Shown here piece after piece: positions 39,346 through 50,838 of a stretch of 64,000 nucleotides of DNA. Position numbers and translations under genes: made by a program. Location of the stretch: positions 1 through 64,000 of the forward strand of contig JBJEGD010000026.1 in assembly GCA_051874735.1 (NCBI GenBank). Direction: 5' to 3'. This DNA comes from Candidatus Bruticola sp. (GTDB lineage Bacteria; Vulcanimicrobiota; Xenobia; Xenobiales; Xenobiaceae). Below the pieces are notes generated by a model. It saw nothing but the letters and a program-made list of their open reading frames with translations. It searched no databases and was not told the origin of the DNA. Numbering within the stretch: position 1 is the first letter of the stretch; the number at the start of each line of letters is the position of its first letter.

Positions 39346-40122
39346 TTAGAACTCAGCAGTGGCGCCAATTTGAATTCCGTCATATTTGAGATTCAAATTG
39401 CTGGCACTATGCTGTTCGTAATGGTAGCCTATTTTAGCTTGAATAGGGCTATCTTTAAAGTTTGTTCTCAGACCGATATCCCATTCCCAAACATTGAGCT
39501 TGCCATCAGGATTGCCATCCAAACCAACGCTTTTTGTGATCATGCAGGGGTAGTATACCGCTTGGCCATAGAGTCCTACGGGGTCCCAGCTAAACTCTGC
39601 GCCTAAACCGAAACCAAAACCGGACGAGTTTTCTATGTTTGCTTTTCCGGTATGGCCGGAACTGTCGGGCCATCTAGAAGTTAAACTGGTGTTTTTGTAG
39701 CCTACATAACCGTAAAGGGGGGACAGTGCCGGAGGCTTGTCCATAGTACGGCTGCTGTTTGCAATTGAAGCTAAGTTAAAGGGAATTTTGGCATAGACCT
39801 TGAGGTCATTGAACTCTGGGTCGGAGCAATTCATGGTAATAGGATCGTCAAATTCATTAACGCCGACTATGTCCAACTTGCTTCCGCCGCCTCTAGTAAA
39901 GCTTCCGCCAAACATAATTCCATCGAAGATTCTGCCTTCGCCGCTAAAAGTTATAGCGGTAAGATTAGAATGGACCACACCTGAGGGCTTAGACGTAGAA
40001 ATACGCAAAGGGCTGTAAGTCAGTTCAAAGCGCATATCGTGGTCTGGACCGGTTTGGGCCGCCGCAGGAAGCGCTGAAAATAGTGCAGCACCTAGGGCAA
40101 AAGCTGTTATAAATTTTTTCAC
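39346..40122 (-). CDS. putative outer-membrane beta-barrel protein
   Basis: Signal peptide ending AAA-Q, alternating amphipathic strands, C-terminal IGATAEF with terminal Phe. GTG start at 40122 follows AAGGAG. Confidence 0.65.
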   Translation of the reverse strand: MKKFITAFALGAALFSALPAAAQTGPDHDMRFELTYSPLRISTSKPSGVVHSNLTAITFSGEGRIFDGIMFGGSFTRGGGSKLDIVGVNEFDDPITMNCSDPEFNDLKVYAKIPFNLASIANSSRTMDKPPALSPLYGYVGYKNTSLTSRWPDSSGHTGKANIENSSGFGFGLGAEFSWDPVGLYGQAVYYPCMITKSVGLDGNPDGKLNVWEWDIGLRTNFKDSPIQAKIGYHYEQHSASNLNLKYDGIQIGATAEF

Positions 40123-40263
40123 AGAGCCAGACTCCTTCACGAGGTAATAAAAAAACTGCGAAGAGCCATTAACTTCAACGAGGCCCTCCTATTTCCTTGC
40201 CGGTAGAAGTTCTCCCCTAAGTGCTTAGGCCCTTTGCAGTTTTCGAAAACAAATACAAAATAA

Positions 40264-41175
40264 TTAGTGATCGTTTACTTTAGTAGCTGGAGCAGTTTTT
40301 TTCTCTCTAGCCAGCTGCATCTTGTAATCGACATAAGTACTGTCAGGACGAACTTTTTTAGCTTCTTCATAAATAGAGAGAGCTTCTTCGAAGCGTCCTT
40401 CTTTTAAGTAAATGTCACCGCAGAGGGTCAGAGCATCGAAGCCCTGAGTATATCCTTTAGGATCGAGCTCTGCACTGCGCTTAAGGTAGGGAATTGCCTC
40501 TTCGTACTGGCCCATATCGTAAAGAGCTGAGCCCATAAAATACTGTCCGTCGGGATAAGCAGGCAGCTCTTCTATGATGCGCTGATAAATATCTTTAGCT
40601 TCTGATGGTTTTTTTTCATCAACCAAAAGGATATTACCCAAACGATCCATGGCCATAATGTCATGAGGGTTTAAACGCAAAGCTCTTACAAAGAATCCTT
40701 TAGCACGTGGCATCATGCGCTTTTGGAAATAAACTAAGCCCATGCCAGAGTAAGCCATAGCATTTTCAGGATCATTTTCTACTGCCGATTTGAACTCAGT
40801 AAGAGCTTCATCTAAAGAGTTGGGCAGAAGCTTTCCTTTTAAGAAGTAGGCCATGCCGAGTTTGCTCAAAGATTCTCCGTTTTCTCCTGTCGAAGCTGCT
40901 TCGGTTTCAATTTGGCTAACTATGCCGTCTACGTCTTTTTTGCGGTAGTAGGCATCTAAAATGTAGGCTAAAGCTAAAGTGTTATGAGGATCTTTAGTTA
41001 GGATTTCTTCAAACTGTTTTATAGATTCATCCCACTGACCAGTGTAAAAAGTTTGCAGAGCTTGAGTCATTTCTTCTTGATCGGTACCGTTCTCTTCCGC
41101 TCCAGCAGCAGCTTGCATAGAGCCGAAGATTCCGCAGGCCAGGATCAAAGTAAAAACAAATTTATACAGATTCAC
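40264..41175 (-). CDS. exported TPR-repeat protein
   Basis: Signal peptide and several TPR units (DPENAMAYSGMG, YFMGSALYDMGQYEEA). Confidence 0.85.
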   Translation of the reverse strand: MNLYKFVFTLILACGIFGSMQAAAGAEENGTDQEEMTQALQTFYTGQWDESIKQFEEILTKDPHNTLALAYILDAYYRKKDVDGIVSQIETEAASTGENGESLSKLGMAYFLKGKLLPNSLDEALTEFKSAVENDPENAMAYSGMGLVYFQKRMMPRAKGFFVRALRLNPHDIMAMDRLGNILLVDEKKPSEAKDIYQRIIEELPAYPDGQYFMGSALYDMGQYEEAIPYLKRSAELDPKGYTQGFDALTLCGDIYLKEGRFEEALSIYEEAKKVRPDSTYVDYKMQLAREKKTAPATKVNDH

Positions 41176-41398
41176 GTGGTAACTCCCCTTGCAATTTTGT
41201 ATATGTGTGGCTAAATAATCTTTTCAAAAAGGGCATCTTTCGGCCTTTAATTGCCTAGTTTCAGTCTTTGTCCTTCCTTTAAGGCAAAAAGTACTTTTAT
41301 TTGCTTAAATCGATATCGCATATTTTAAAAATATATTACGCTTAGATATTAATCATGTGCACTAGTTGCTAAAGGTTAAGCTTATCTTACTAAGTTCT

Positions 41399-42013
41399 TT
41401 ATTCATATCCGCAGAGTCGTCGGTATTCCCTTAAAACGTTGCGTACATAATTTTGAGTTTCTCGGTAAGGAGGTATGCCTTGATATTTTGATACTGCCCC
41501 TGGGCCGGCGTTGTAAGCTGCCAAAGTTAAAGATAATGCTTTAGGAAGGTAGGTTAAATCTTCTGTGCTACTGCATCCATATCGCAGCAAGTGACCTTTC
41601 AGAATGTAGCAGGAGCCGCGTATATTTAGATTTATATTGTAAGGATCATCTGTTTTGACCGATTTAGCTGTCTCCGGCATAAGTTGTCCTAAACCGATAG
41701 CTCCTGCGGGAGATACAGCTTTAGGGTTGAAATTAGATTCACAGGCCAGCACAGCCGTAACTAGGCGCGGATCTAAAGAATATTCATAAGCATAATGGAG
41801 TATAGCCAGTACTATTTTTTTTGTATCTTTGTCGCTTAAAGTAGAATTGTAGTAGCGGATCGTGTGATAGTAAGAATTTAAGTAAGCCTGAGATTTATAG
41901 GGCTCTTGTAGAATTATATCCTGAGCTGAAGACGGGATAGGCTGCCAAATAAAAAGCAGCATTAGTATAAAAGTGTGTAAGCTTTTGCTGCATTTTACAA
42001 TATTAGGAGCCAT
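41399..42013 (-). CDS. lytic transglycosylase (SLT domain)
   Basis: ESNFNPKAVSPAGAIGLGQLMP, AAYNAGPG and PPYRETQNYV motifs; signal peptide. Confidence 0.93.
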   Translation of the reverse strand: MAPNIVKCSKSLHTFILMLLFIWQPIPSSAQDIILQEPYKSQAYLNSYYHTIRYYNSTLSDKDTKKIVLAILHYAYEYSLDPRLVTAVLACESNFNPKAVSPAGAIGLGQLMPETAKSVKTDDPYNINLNIRGSCYILKGHLLRYGCSSTEDLTYLPKALSLTLAAYNAGPGAVSKYQGIPPYRETQNYVRNVLREYRRLCGYE

Positions 42014-42047
42014 AATTATAAATTTACTCTCCTTTCCAATCAGCTAA

Positions 42048-42086
42048 TAAAAATATCCAAGGCTCGCTGAACCTTGGATATTTTTA
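42048..42086 (-). terminator. terminator of ABC operon
   Basis: taaaaatatccaagg/ccttggatattttta. Confidence 0.8.
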
Positions 42087-42104
42087 TCTCTTGCAGCAGA
42101 TTGT

Positions 42105-42965
42105 TTAGCCTTTTACCGCTCCCTTAGTGAGACCTTCAACTAAGAAGCCCTGCAGCAGGAAGAAAAGTACCATAATGGGTATGGCGCCCAAAATAGAACC
42201 AGCTGTAAAGAGAGACCAGTTTGTGGAGAAGTTGCCGGAAATAAAGCTCTGCATGCCTACAGCCAAAGTATATTTACTTTCATCAAATATCACTACCGAG
42301 GGGAAAATAAAGTCGCTGTAGGGACTTATGAAATTAAATATAGCTACTACCGCTAAGATGGGGCCCATCAAAGGTAGAATAATGCTGACAAAAGTTTTAG
42401 TTGTACTAGCTCCGTCGATTAAAGCAGATTCCTCCAATTCATTAGGGAGGGAGTCGACATAACCCTTGATCATCCAAGTGTTAAAAGGAATACCTGCGCC
42501 AATGTACACTAAGGAGAGTCCCAGTAGTGAATCTAAACCGATCAAACCGCCGGTAAGATCTCCTAAATGCTGGAGCATGCTGAAGATAGCTACCATTGCC
42601 ATGGCAGCTGGAAACATTTGCAGCAAAATCATGGTCATCAGGCCGTTTTTGCGTCCGAAGAACTTGAAACGGGAGAAAGCGTATCCAGCTAGAGCTGTCA
42701 CCATAATGGCTATGATACTGGAGAGAGCCGAAACGACTACAGTATTCCAAACCCAGCGCAAAAACGGCGTTTCAGTAAGCAGACGCTTGTAATTTACGAG
42801 AGATAGCTCACTAAAACGAGGGATCAGGTTAGTGGAGATCAGTGTTGAGCTCTCTTTTAAAGAAGAAAAGAGCACCAGAATAACCGGCATGACCGTTAGA
42901 CTTACACAGATGATCAGCAGCAGATGAAGCAGTATCTTTTGGAGGGTGGTCATTTTTCTAGACAT
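42105..42965 (-). CDS. malG: maltose/maltodextrin ABC transporter permease (MalG-like)
   Basis: YAFSRFKF.GRK, LQMFP, EAA loop ELEESALIDGA and GLTKGAVKG. Confidence 0.85.
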   Translation of the reverse strand: MSRKMTTLQKILLHLLLIICVSLTVMPVILVLFSSLKESSTLISTNLIPRFSELSLVNYKRLLTETPFLRWVWNTVVVSALSSIIAIMVTALAGYAFSRFKFFGRKNGLMTMILLQMFPAAMAMVAIFSMLQHLGDLTGGLIGLDSLLGLSLVYIGAGIPFNTWMIKGYVDSLPNELEESALIDGASTTKTFVSIILPLMGPILAVVAIFNFISPYSDFIFPSVVIFDESKYTLAVGMQSFISGNFSTNWSLFTAGSILGAIPIMVLFFLLQGFLVEGLTKGAVKG

Positions 42966-43012
42966 AACAATTCCTCTTTGCTAGTGCGAATCAGTAACAG
43001 AGTCGGCTCTGG

Positions 43013-43966
43013 TTACTTAATATCATCGAAAGCGCCAGTCATCTTGAAGTTGACGCCGGAAAGTGTGGCTACCAAGATAAAGATGAAGATAGCGTAAGCG
43101 CAGGCTAAACCGTATTGGAATGAATTAAAAGCCAGCTTGTACGAATAAGTAATCAGGATATCGGTAGCCCCCGCGTCACTGCCCGGAACTGGAGGACCGC
43201 CGGCGGTCAGTAAGTAAATGGCAGTAAATTGGTTAAAGTTAAAGGCGAAGCTGGAAATCAATACGGGCAGTAAAGAGGAGCGCAGCAGGGGAAGAGTAAT
43301 CGACTTGAACTGCAGCCAGGGGCTAGCTCCATCCACATCGGCAGCTTCATATACGTCGGTAGGCACAGACTGTAAGGCACCCAAACATACGGTGAGTTGG
43401 AAGGGGAAGGCTAACCAAATATTCACCATAAGCACGGAAATATGAGCCCATCCCACTCTATCGAGCCAAGCGATAGGCAGTTGCAAGTCGTAGCCCATAA
43501 AGCTGAGCAGATATTTTAGCAAGTTATCCAAGCCTAAGTTTTTCAAAATAACATTGAAAGCACCAAACTCCGTATTGAGCAACCCTTGCCACATTAGAAC
43601 GGAAATAAAGGCCGGAATAGCCCAGGGCACAATAAAGAGAGTTCTATAGATGGAACTCCCCTTTAAATCGGGTTTGTTTAGCAGAACAGCTAAGAAAATG
43701 CCTACAGCCTGACTGAGCAGAACTGATCCTGCGGCCCAGATAAGAGTCCAGACGAAGACGCGCACAAAAGTAGCCGTCTCAGGGCCGCTGATGATTTTCA
43801 TGAAGTTGCGCAAACCAACAAAACTGAACTCATTGTAATGGTATAGCGAGTAGTTAGTAAAAGCTAAATATACGGAGTAAAGATTAGGCAGCAGACTCAA
43901 CACTCCAAGCAAGATCAAGGCTGGAGTGAGGTAAGCATATGGGAGTAGTCCGTTTTTATTTTTCAT
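43013..43966 (-). CDS. malF: maltose/maltodextrin ABC transporter permease (MalF-like)
   Basis: VPWAIPAFIS, YEAADVDGA, FAFNFNQF and TDILITYSY motifs. Confidence 0.85.
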   Translation of the reverse strand: MKNKNGLLPYAYLTPALILLGVLSLLPNLYSVYLAFTNYSLYHYNEFSFVGLRNFMKIISGPETATFVRVFVWTLIWAAGSVLLSQAVGIFLAVLLNKPDLKGSSIYRTLFIVPWAIPAFISVLMWQGLLNTEFGAFNVILKNLGLDNLLKYLLSFMGYDLQLPIAWLDRVGWAHISVLMVNIWLAFPFQLTVCLGALQSVPTDVYEAADVDGASPWLQFKSITLPLLRSSLLPVLISSFAFNFNQFTAIYLLTAGGPPVPGSDAGATDILITYSYKLAFNSFQYGLACAYAIFIFILVATLSGVNFKMTGAFDDIK

Positions 43967-43996
43967 TTATATTCCCCTACAGCTTCTGGTTGGTGC

Positions 43997-45220
43997 TTAT
44001 TCAAGCATGAGATTGATCTTTTGAACTATGCGATCGTTGGCTGTTTTAAGCTCAGTAGGAATGTCTACTTGTCCTTTGCTTATAAGCTCAATGCTTTGCC
44101 TCATAGGTTCCCAAATCTGCATGGCCGCAGGGTGTGTAGGCATGGGTACGCTATTGGCACAAATATCAGCAAAGGCTATGATGTCTTTATTATCCTTACA
44201 AAGTTCAAGAGCGGATATCTTTGTCGGTGGCCGACCGGAGGTTTTGCTCATATCAGCCATATTCTCGGGAGAACTTAGGAAAGCCATCAATTTGCCGGCG
44301 TCTTGAGGCCTTTGAGAATATTTGTTAAGCATAAATCCTTGAACTCCAAGAAACGGCTTTATCAGATTACCAGAGTCAGTAACGGGGAAAGGATCTATTA
44401 CATAGTGCACACCGGAATTTCTTATCTGATCTAGGAACCAAGGACCGTTGGGTATTACAGCAGCCTTACCTTCTAAAAATAGAGTTCTGGAAATATTTTC
44501 AGTGCTACCTTGTTTGATAAGATCGTATTTTTGACTAAGATCGCGCAGAAATTCAGCTCCTTTAGCTGCTCCTGGGGTGTTGATTCCTACGTCGGTGGGA
44601 ACGTAGTTTCCTTGACTATCCTTACCTATCATGTAGGCTCCTTCAGCAAGAAGGAAAGGCATAGAGAAATAAGGCTCTTTTATTTCAAAATAGAATCCGT
44701 TGATTTTTCCAGCCGATTCTTTCTGAATCCGCTGAGCTTGAGCAACTAATTCGGCAGTAGTTTTAGGACGCTCAGGCATAAGATCTGGATTGCGGAACAT
44801 GGCCAAGCACTCCATGCACAGAGGAGCCATGTAAATTTGCTGGTTAAATCTTACAGAATCTAGAGCCACAGGGACATAATCTGATTGATTTATTACCTCA
44901 TCGGGAATGGGGGAGAGCAAACCGGCAACGGTCAACATACCAATCCAGTCTTGGGCTCCTACGACAATATCCGGACCTAAACCAGCCGGAGCGGCTACCA
45001 AAAATTTATTCTTCAGATCCCGATAGGGCACTTTGAGAAATTCAACTTTAAGGCCAGTTTGTTTTTCAAACTCTTGGCACTGACGCTTAAGGGTAGGGAA
45101 CTCAGCATCCATGCCCGACCAAATTAAGAGAGGCTTGGGGCCTGTTCCTTTTTGCATACAACCGGCCAAAAGCAGACTGGCCAGCAGAACGAAAATTGAA
45201 AAGAAGCAGAAACGACGCAT
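43997..45220 (-). CDS. malE: maltose/maltodextrin-binding lipoprotein (MalE-like)
   Basis: Lipobox LLAGC plus GPDIVVGAQDWIG, NGPW and KPFLGVQG motifs. Confidence 0.85.
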   Translation of the reverse strand: MRRFCFFSIFVLLASLLLAGCMQKGTGPKPLLIWSGMDAEFPTLKRQCQEFEKQTGLKVEFLKVPYRDLKNKFLVAAPAGLGPDIVVGAQDWIGMLTVAGLLSPIPDEVINQSDYVPVALDSVRFNQQIYMAPLCMECLAMFRNPDLMPERPKTTAELVAQAQRIQKESAGKINGFYFEIKEPYFSMPFLLAEGAYMIGKDSQGNYVPTDVGINTPGAAKGAEFLRDLSQKYDLIKQGSTENISRTLFLEGKAAVIPNGPWFLDQIRNSGVHYVIDPFPVTDSGNLIKPFLGVQGFMLNKYSQRPQDAGKLMAFLSSPENMADMSKTSGRPPTKISALELCKDNKDIIAFADICANSVPMPTHPAAMQIWEPMRQSIELISKGQVDIPTELKTANDRIVQKINLMLE

Positions 45221-45620
45221 GGCCCTGACTTCGTTTTTTTAGTTAGAGTTCCCCCTTTAGGGGAAACTTTGGGCATTAAAGTTAAGTACAATGCCGTTTC
45301 GGTCTGGAAAGAGTGGCAGATAAGAGATATTGAAATTGAATCAGGCCGCTCCAAAGTCGTTCTTAAAACTATTTATTTAAAAATTTCTAGCTCTTTGTTT
45401 GGTCATCTTATATTATCCTATATCAGGTAGTATGTTAGGTAAGCAGAATTTTAATTGTGAATAAAATTCTAACACAGTCCTGAAGGGAAAAAAGCCAGGC
45501 CCTAGCGAAGGAGCAGAAACGTTAAAAGGTTTCTTAGAAGGAAAAGCTTGCGGTTTCTGCAGCGGTACTGCAGATGCTGGAGGCTTTAGGCAAGTTTTTT
45601 TAACCGGCGTCCTCTCCTAA

Positions 45621-46682
<1,062 letters not shown>

Positions 46683-46854
46683 TTAATTTAGGCTAGTTTA
46701 GCCCGGAGCTTTTTCCGGGCTTTTCTTTTGTACTCGGCTGTCATGGCTTAGAAAGGGCAGAAAGGCGATTTTTTTACATCGCGTTTCTGTTGCTGCCCCC
46801 ATTTTATACTAGGCAGGGGCTCCATATATTTCAATGTAAGAAGGACATTCACCC

Positions 46855-48033
46855 ATGAGTAAATTCAATACCATTCGCGATCTCGATGTTAAAGGCAAAA
46901 AAGTTTTAGTACGCGTGGACTTCAATGTTCCTTTAGATGGTGAGACTGTAACTAACGACAATCGCATTCGCGCTGCTTTGCCTACCATTAAAGCCCTTTT
47001 GGATGGTGGAGCTGCTGTTATATTAGCTTCTCACTTGGGCCGTCCTAAGGGGAAGAAAGATCCTAAATATTCCTTGAAGCCTGTCGCTGTTCGTTTAGCT
47101 GAGCTTTTAGGACAAGAAGTTATTATGGCTCCTGACTGCATCGGTGAGGAAACTGCGGCTATGGCCAGTAAGCTCAAAGCTGGTCAGGTTATGTTGCTGG
47201 AAAATGTGCGCTTCTACGCTCAGGAAACTGATAATGATGAAGCTTTCGCTAAAGAATTAGCTTCTTTGGCTGATATTTACGTAAATGATGCTTTCGGTTC
47301 CGCCCATCGCGCTCACGCTTCCACTACTGGTGTGGCTTCCTTCTTACCTTCTGCTGCCGGCTTGCTTATGGAAAAAGAACTTAATGAGTTGGGTAAGCTT
47401 CTTACCGACGCCGAGTCTCCTTTTGTGGTAATTCTGGGCGGTGCAAAGGTCTCTGATAAGATTGGTGTCATGGAGAACTTGATAGGCAAAGCTGACGCTA
47501 TTTTAGTTGGTGGTGGTATGGCTTATCCTTTCCTCAAAGTTCGCGGTTTGGAAATTGGTCGTTCTCTCTGTGACGGCGACTTATCTGTGCCTCAGTCTAT
47601 CTTAGACAAAGTCAAGGGAACTAAGACTGAGCTCGTTCTTCCTGAAGATGTCGTAGTTGCCGATGAAATTGCTGAGAATGCTCCTCACATTCAAGTTGAT
47701 GTTACTGCTATACCTGCCGATAAGATGGGTTTAGATGTCGGCGACAAAACTATCGCCAAGTTTAAGGATATTATAAGTAAAGCTAAGACTATCTTCTGGA
47801 ATGGTCCTGTAGGCGTCTTTGAAAAGAAACCCTTCGATCGCGGTACCCGTCAGATAGCTGAAGCCGTTGCTGCTTCTGAAGCCCGCAGCGTCGTCGGTGG
47901 TGGCGATTCCGTAGCTGCTCTTACTCAAGCTGGTTTAGCTTCAAAAATTACCCATGTATCTACCGGTGGCGGTGCTTCTTTAGAATTTGTTGAGGGGCGT
48001 CAGCTTCCCGGAGTAGTCGCTCTCTGTAAGTAA
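46855..48033 (+). CDS. pgk: phosphoglycerate kinase
   Basis: RVDFNVPL, SHLGRP, NDAFGSAHRAHAS and STGGGASLE motifs. Confidence 0.98.
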   Translation: MSKFNTIRDLDVKGKKVLVRVDFNVPLDGETVTNDNRIRAALPTIKALLDGGAAVILASHLGRPKGKKDPKYSLKPVAVRLAELLGQEVIMAPDCIGEETAAMASKLKAGQVMLLENVRFYAQETDNDEAFAKELASLADIYVNDAFGSAHRAHASTTGVASFLPSAAGLLMEKELNELGKLLTDAESPFVVILGGAKVSDKIGVMENLIGKADAILVGGGMAYPFLKVRGLEIGRSLCDGDLSVPQSILDKVKGTKTELVLPEDVVVADEIAENAPHIQVDVTAIPADKMGLDVGDKTIAKFKDIISKAKTIFWNGPVGVFEKKPFDRGTRQIAEAVAASEARSVVGGGDSVAALTQAGLASKITHVSTGGGASLEFVEGRQLPGVVALCK

Positions 48034-48112
48034 CTTTATTAACTTTTATTAACTCTGATAGCTTGACCGTTAGCTGCGGTCTTGCTATCATTTTTTAGAT
48101 TTTGGAGGTTTT

Positions 48113-48865
48113 ATGCGCATTCCGCTCTTAGCAGCTAACTGGAAAATGAATATGGCTCGTACCGAGGCCCACAAACTTGTGACCGAATTATTGGCCCAAG
48201 TAGGCGATGTTAAGGATCGCGATATCGCAATTTGTCCTCCTTTTCACCTTTTAGCCGATGTCGAAAAATTAGTTGAAGGACATGACAATGTCTATTTAGG
48301 TGCTCAGGATCTTTATTGGAAAGATTCCGGCGCTTATACCGGAGAGGTTTCTGCTCCTATGCTTCTAGATGTCGGCTGCCGTATGGTTATTATCGGTCAT
48401 TCTGAGCGCAGAGCTATGTTCGGTGAAACCGATGAAACTTGTTCCAAAAAAGTAGCAGCTGCTGTGGCTCACAAGTTGATTCCTATTCTTTGTGTGGGTG
48501 AGAGTTTAGTTCAGCGTGAAGATAACAAAACTGCTGAAGTTGTTACTAGCCAGCTGCGCGGTGCCCTACAAGGATTAGAAATCGAAGATGGCAATCAATT
48601 AGTAATTGCCTACGAACCTATTTGGGCTATTGGTACCGGTAAGACCGATACTCCTGAAAGCGCTAACGAGACTATGGTGTTGCTGCGCAGTACCTTAGAA
48701 GAAATTTTTAATAAAGATATTGCTGATAAGGTGCGCTTGCTTTACGGCGGCAGTGTTAAGCCTGCTAATATAGCTGGTTTCATGGCTTGCAGTGACATTG
48801 ATGGCGCTTTAGTAGGCGGAGCTAGCCTCAAAGCTGACAGTTTCGCCCAGATTGTGCGTTATTAA
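48113..48865 (+). CDS. tpiA: triosephosphate isomerase
   Basis: ANWKMN, GHSERR, AYEPIWAIGTG and YGGSV motifs. Confidence 0.98.
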   Translation: MRIPLLAANWKMNMARTEAHKLVTELLAQVGDVKDRDIAICPPFHLLADVEKLVEGHDNVYLGAQDLYWKDSGAYTGEVSAPMLLDVGCRMVIIGHSERRAMFGETDETCSKKVAAAVAHKLIPILCVGESLVQREDNKTAEVVTSQLRGALQGLEIEDGNQLVIAYEPIWAIGTGKTDTPESANETMVLLRSTLEEIFNKDIADKVRLLYGGSVKPANIAGFMACSDIDGALVGGASLKADSFAQIVRY

Positions 48866-48896
48866 TTTTTTATTTGTGGATTAGGAATTTAGGGTA

Positions 48897-49262
48897 ATGT
48901 ATTTAGACGTCTGTTTGAGCATTTGGTCTTTCTTAGGTCAAGCTGCGGCCGGAGGAGCTGCTGCCTCTGCTCCTAATGCTGCTGCCGTTACTGCGCCTGC
49001 AGTTATGAAATTGAGTGCAATTCAGTATATTTTGATGTTCCTTTATTTGTTGGTTTGTATCTGTCTTACCGGTGTAGTTATGCAGAGGGAGCAGAAACAG
49101 GGCGGTTTGCAGGGAATGCTTGGAGGCGGCACGGCCGTAGAGCACAACAAGTATCAGGGCAAAAAGAGCTTTGAAGAGCAGTTGAAGACTGTAAGCAATT
49201 ACTTAGCTGTTGCTTTCATCGTTCTCTCAATTCTCGTCTCTTACGCTTTGCAGCACAAATAG
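48897..49262 (+). CDS. secG: preprotein translocase subunit SecG
   Basis: Two TM helices with a Gly-rich loop (KQGGLQGMLGGG), in the canonical position after tpiA. Confidence 0.8.
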   Translation: MYLDVCLSIWSFLGQAAAGGAAASAPNAAAVTAPAVMKLSAIQYILMFLYLLVCICLTGVVMQREQKQGGLQGMLGGGTAVEHNKYQGKKSFEEQLKTVSNYLAVAFIVLSILVSYALQHK

Positions 49263-49455
49263 ACGTTTCTTACTGCGAATTATTCTGAATAAGAATTTTT
49301 TAGACGCAGTTTTAGTAAGCTCCGGTTGATTACTTCACCCGGGGCTATTTGTGTTTTATTAGGTTTATGTAATTTTGAGGCGCTTCGTTAGAGTGAATTT
49401 AGTTAGCGTCTCTTTTTATATATAAAATGTGGCTTCTGTCTGTATAGGTATAAAA

Positions 49456-49483
49456 AAAACACTCCTCAAGCTGAGGAGTGTTT
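49456..49483 (-). terminator. terminator after subtilase
   Basis: aaacactcctca/tgaggagtgttt with an A run on the + strand. Confidence 0.8.
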
Positions 49484-49536
49484 ACTTTACTATTTAGGGA
49501 AACAAACTGTAGCTTATCTCCCTATCGAGCTTGTAT

Positions 49537-50838
49537 TTACTTGCCCATTAAGAATTCGATATTCTCTTGAGGATCAATAACGCCCTTGCCCTGCTCGAAT
49601 TTGCTTACGCCTTCGAGAGCATCAGCGTTCTTCATCATGATCTCTTTAACCTGATCGGGGCTGATGTTGGGTTTTACTTGATGCATGAGCACGTCGACGC
49701 CAGCGGCAAAAGGAGTAGCCATGGAAGTACCAGACATACTTACATAGCCGGTGCCCCTATGAGAAGCAGCGGTAATGTTTACACCGGGGGCCAAAATGTC
49801 GGGCTTCTCGAGCTTATCGATACGGCTGGGACCACGGCTGGAGAAGTAAGCCAACTGGTCGTCGGAGCGATCAACAGTACCTCTGTCGTCGAGAGCGCCT
49901 ACGGTAATGGCATGAGGGGCGTTGCCGGGGGAGCCGATGGTACCGGAACTGGGACCTTCGTTACCAGCAGCTACTACACAGCTAATACCAGCAGCGTGAG
50001 CAGCTTCAACAGCTTGTACTACGGGGTCATCTTTGTAGCTCTGGGAAACATAACCGCCCAAAGACATACTGATAACATCGATGTTTAACTTCTCTTTGTT
50101 TTCAACGGCCCATTGTACGCCTTTGATAACGTTGGAAAGAGAACCTGAACCATTGCGATCCAAAACTTTCACGCCGACAATGCTGGCTTCAGGAGCAACA
50201 CCAGTGTATTTTCCTTCGGAGCTCTTGCCGCTACCCGCGCAGATACCGGTGCAGTGAGTGCCGTGACCCTGATCATCGTAGGGCTCAGTGCGACCGTTGA
50301 CCATATCTTTGAAACCAACAATACGACCTTCAAAGTCGGGGTGTTGAGCTATACCGGTGTCGATAACGCATACAGTTACGCCTTTACCGGTGATGCCTTG
50401 GTCGTGAAGTTTATCTACGCCTAAAGTTACGTTGGCTGTATCCATTAAGGGACGGAAAGTATTTTCGAGATCTTCCAGCTCGTTGCGGGGAATGCCAATC
50501 TGGGCATCCATGAATACTCGGTTACCTTCTTCGTTGGCCTTAGCTAAGTTAGGGAGAAGAGTACCATCAGCGGAAGGATTGACGGTCACGGCGAAGCCAT
50601 TGACCAAAGGAAGATCTGCAGTCACTTTATTCTCGGGATTCTGGGCGAGAATAGAAGCGCGCATTTCTTCGAGCTTAGCTTTATCACTGTTGGTGATAAT
50701 TAAGTTTACAGGGCCGTTGTTGGAAGAAGCAATAAAGGTCTCTTCGGGCTGCTTCTCAGCGGGAGCCTGGGCGGGAGCGGACTTCGCACCAGTGTAAATC
50801 TGCGAAGTAGGAGCGCTCATAGTTGGACGAATTTCCAT
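49537..50838 (-). CDS. S8 subtilisin-family serine peptidase (AprX-like) with propeptide
   Basis: Catalytic triad motifs IDTG, HGTHCTG and GTSMATP, plus AAGN. ATG at 50838 follows AAAGGAG. Confidence 0.93.
   Translation of the reverse strand: MEIRPTMSAPTSQIYTGAKSAPAQAPAEKQPEETFIASSNNGPVNLIITNSDKAKLEEMRASILAQNPENKVTADLPLVNGFAVTVNPSADGTLLPNLAKANEEGNRVFMDAQIGIPRNELEDLENTFRPLMDTANVTLGVDKLHDQGITGKGVTVCVIDTGIAQHPDFEGRIVGFKDMVNGRTEPYDDQGHGTHCTGICAGSGKSSEGKYTGVAPEASIVGVKVLDRNGSGSLSNVIKGVQWAVENKEKLNIDVISMSLGGYVSQSYKDDPVVQAVEAAHAAGISCVVAAGNEGPSSGTIGSPGNAPHAITVGALDDRGTVDRSDDQLAYFSSRGPSRIDKLEKPDILAPGVNITAASHRGTGYVSMSGTSMATPFAAGVDVLMHQVKPNISPDQVKEIMMKNADALEGVSKFEQGKGVIDPQENIEFLMGK

Noticed and set aside
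45456-45476. Rex/CRP-like operator upstream of gap (ttgtgaataaaattctaa)
   Set aside because: Only the left half-site matches, which is too weak to call.
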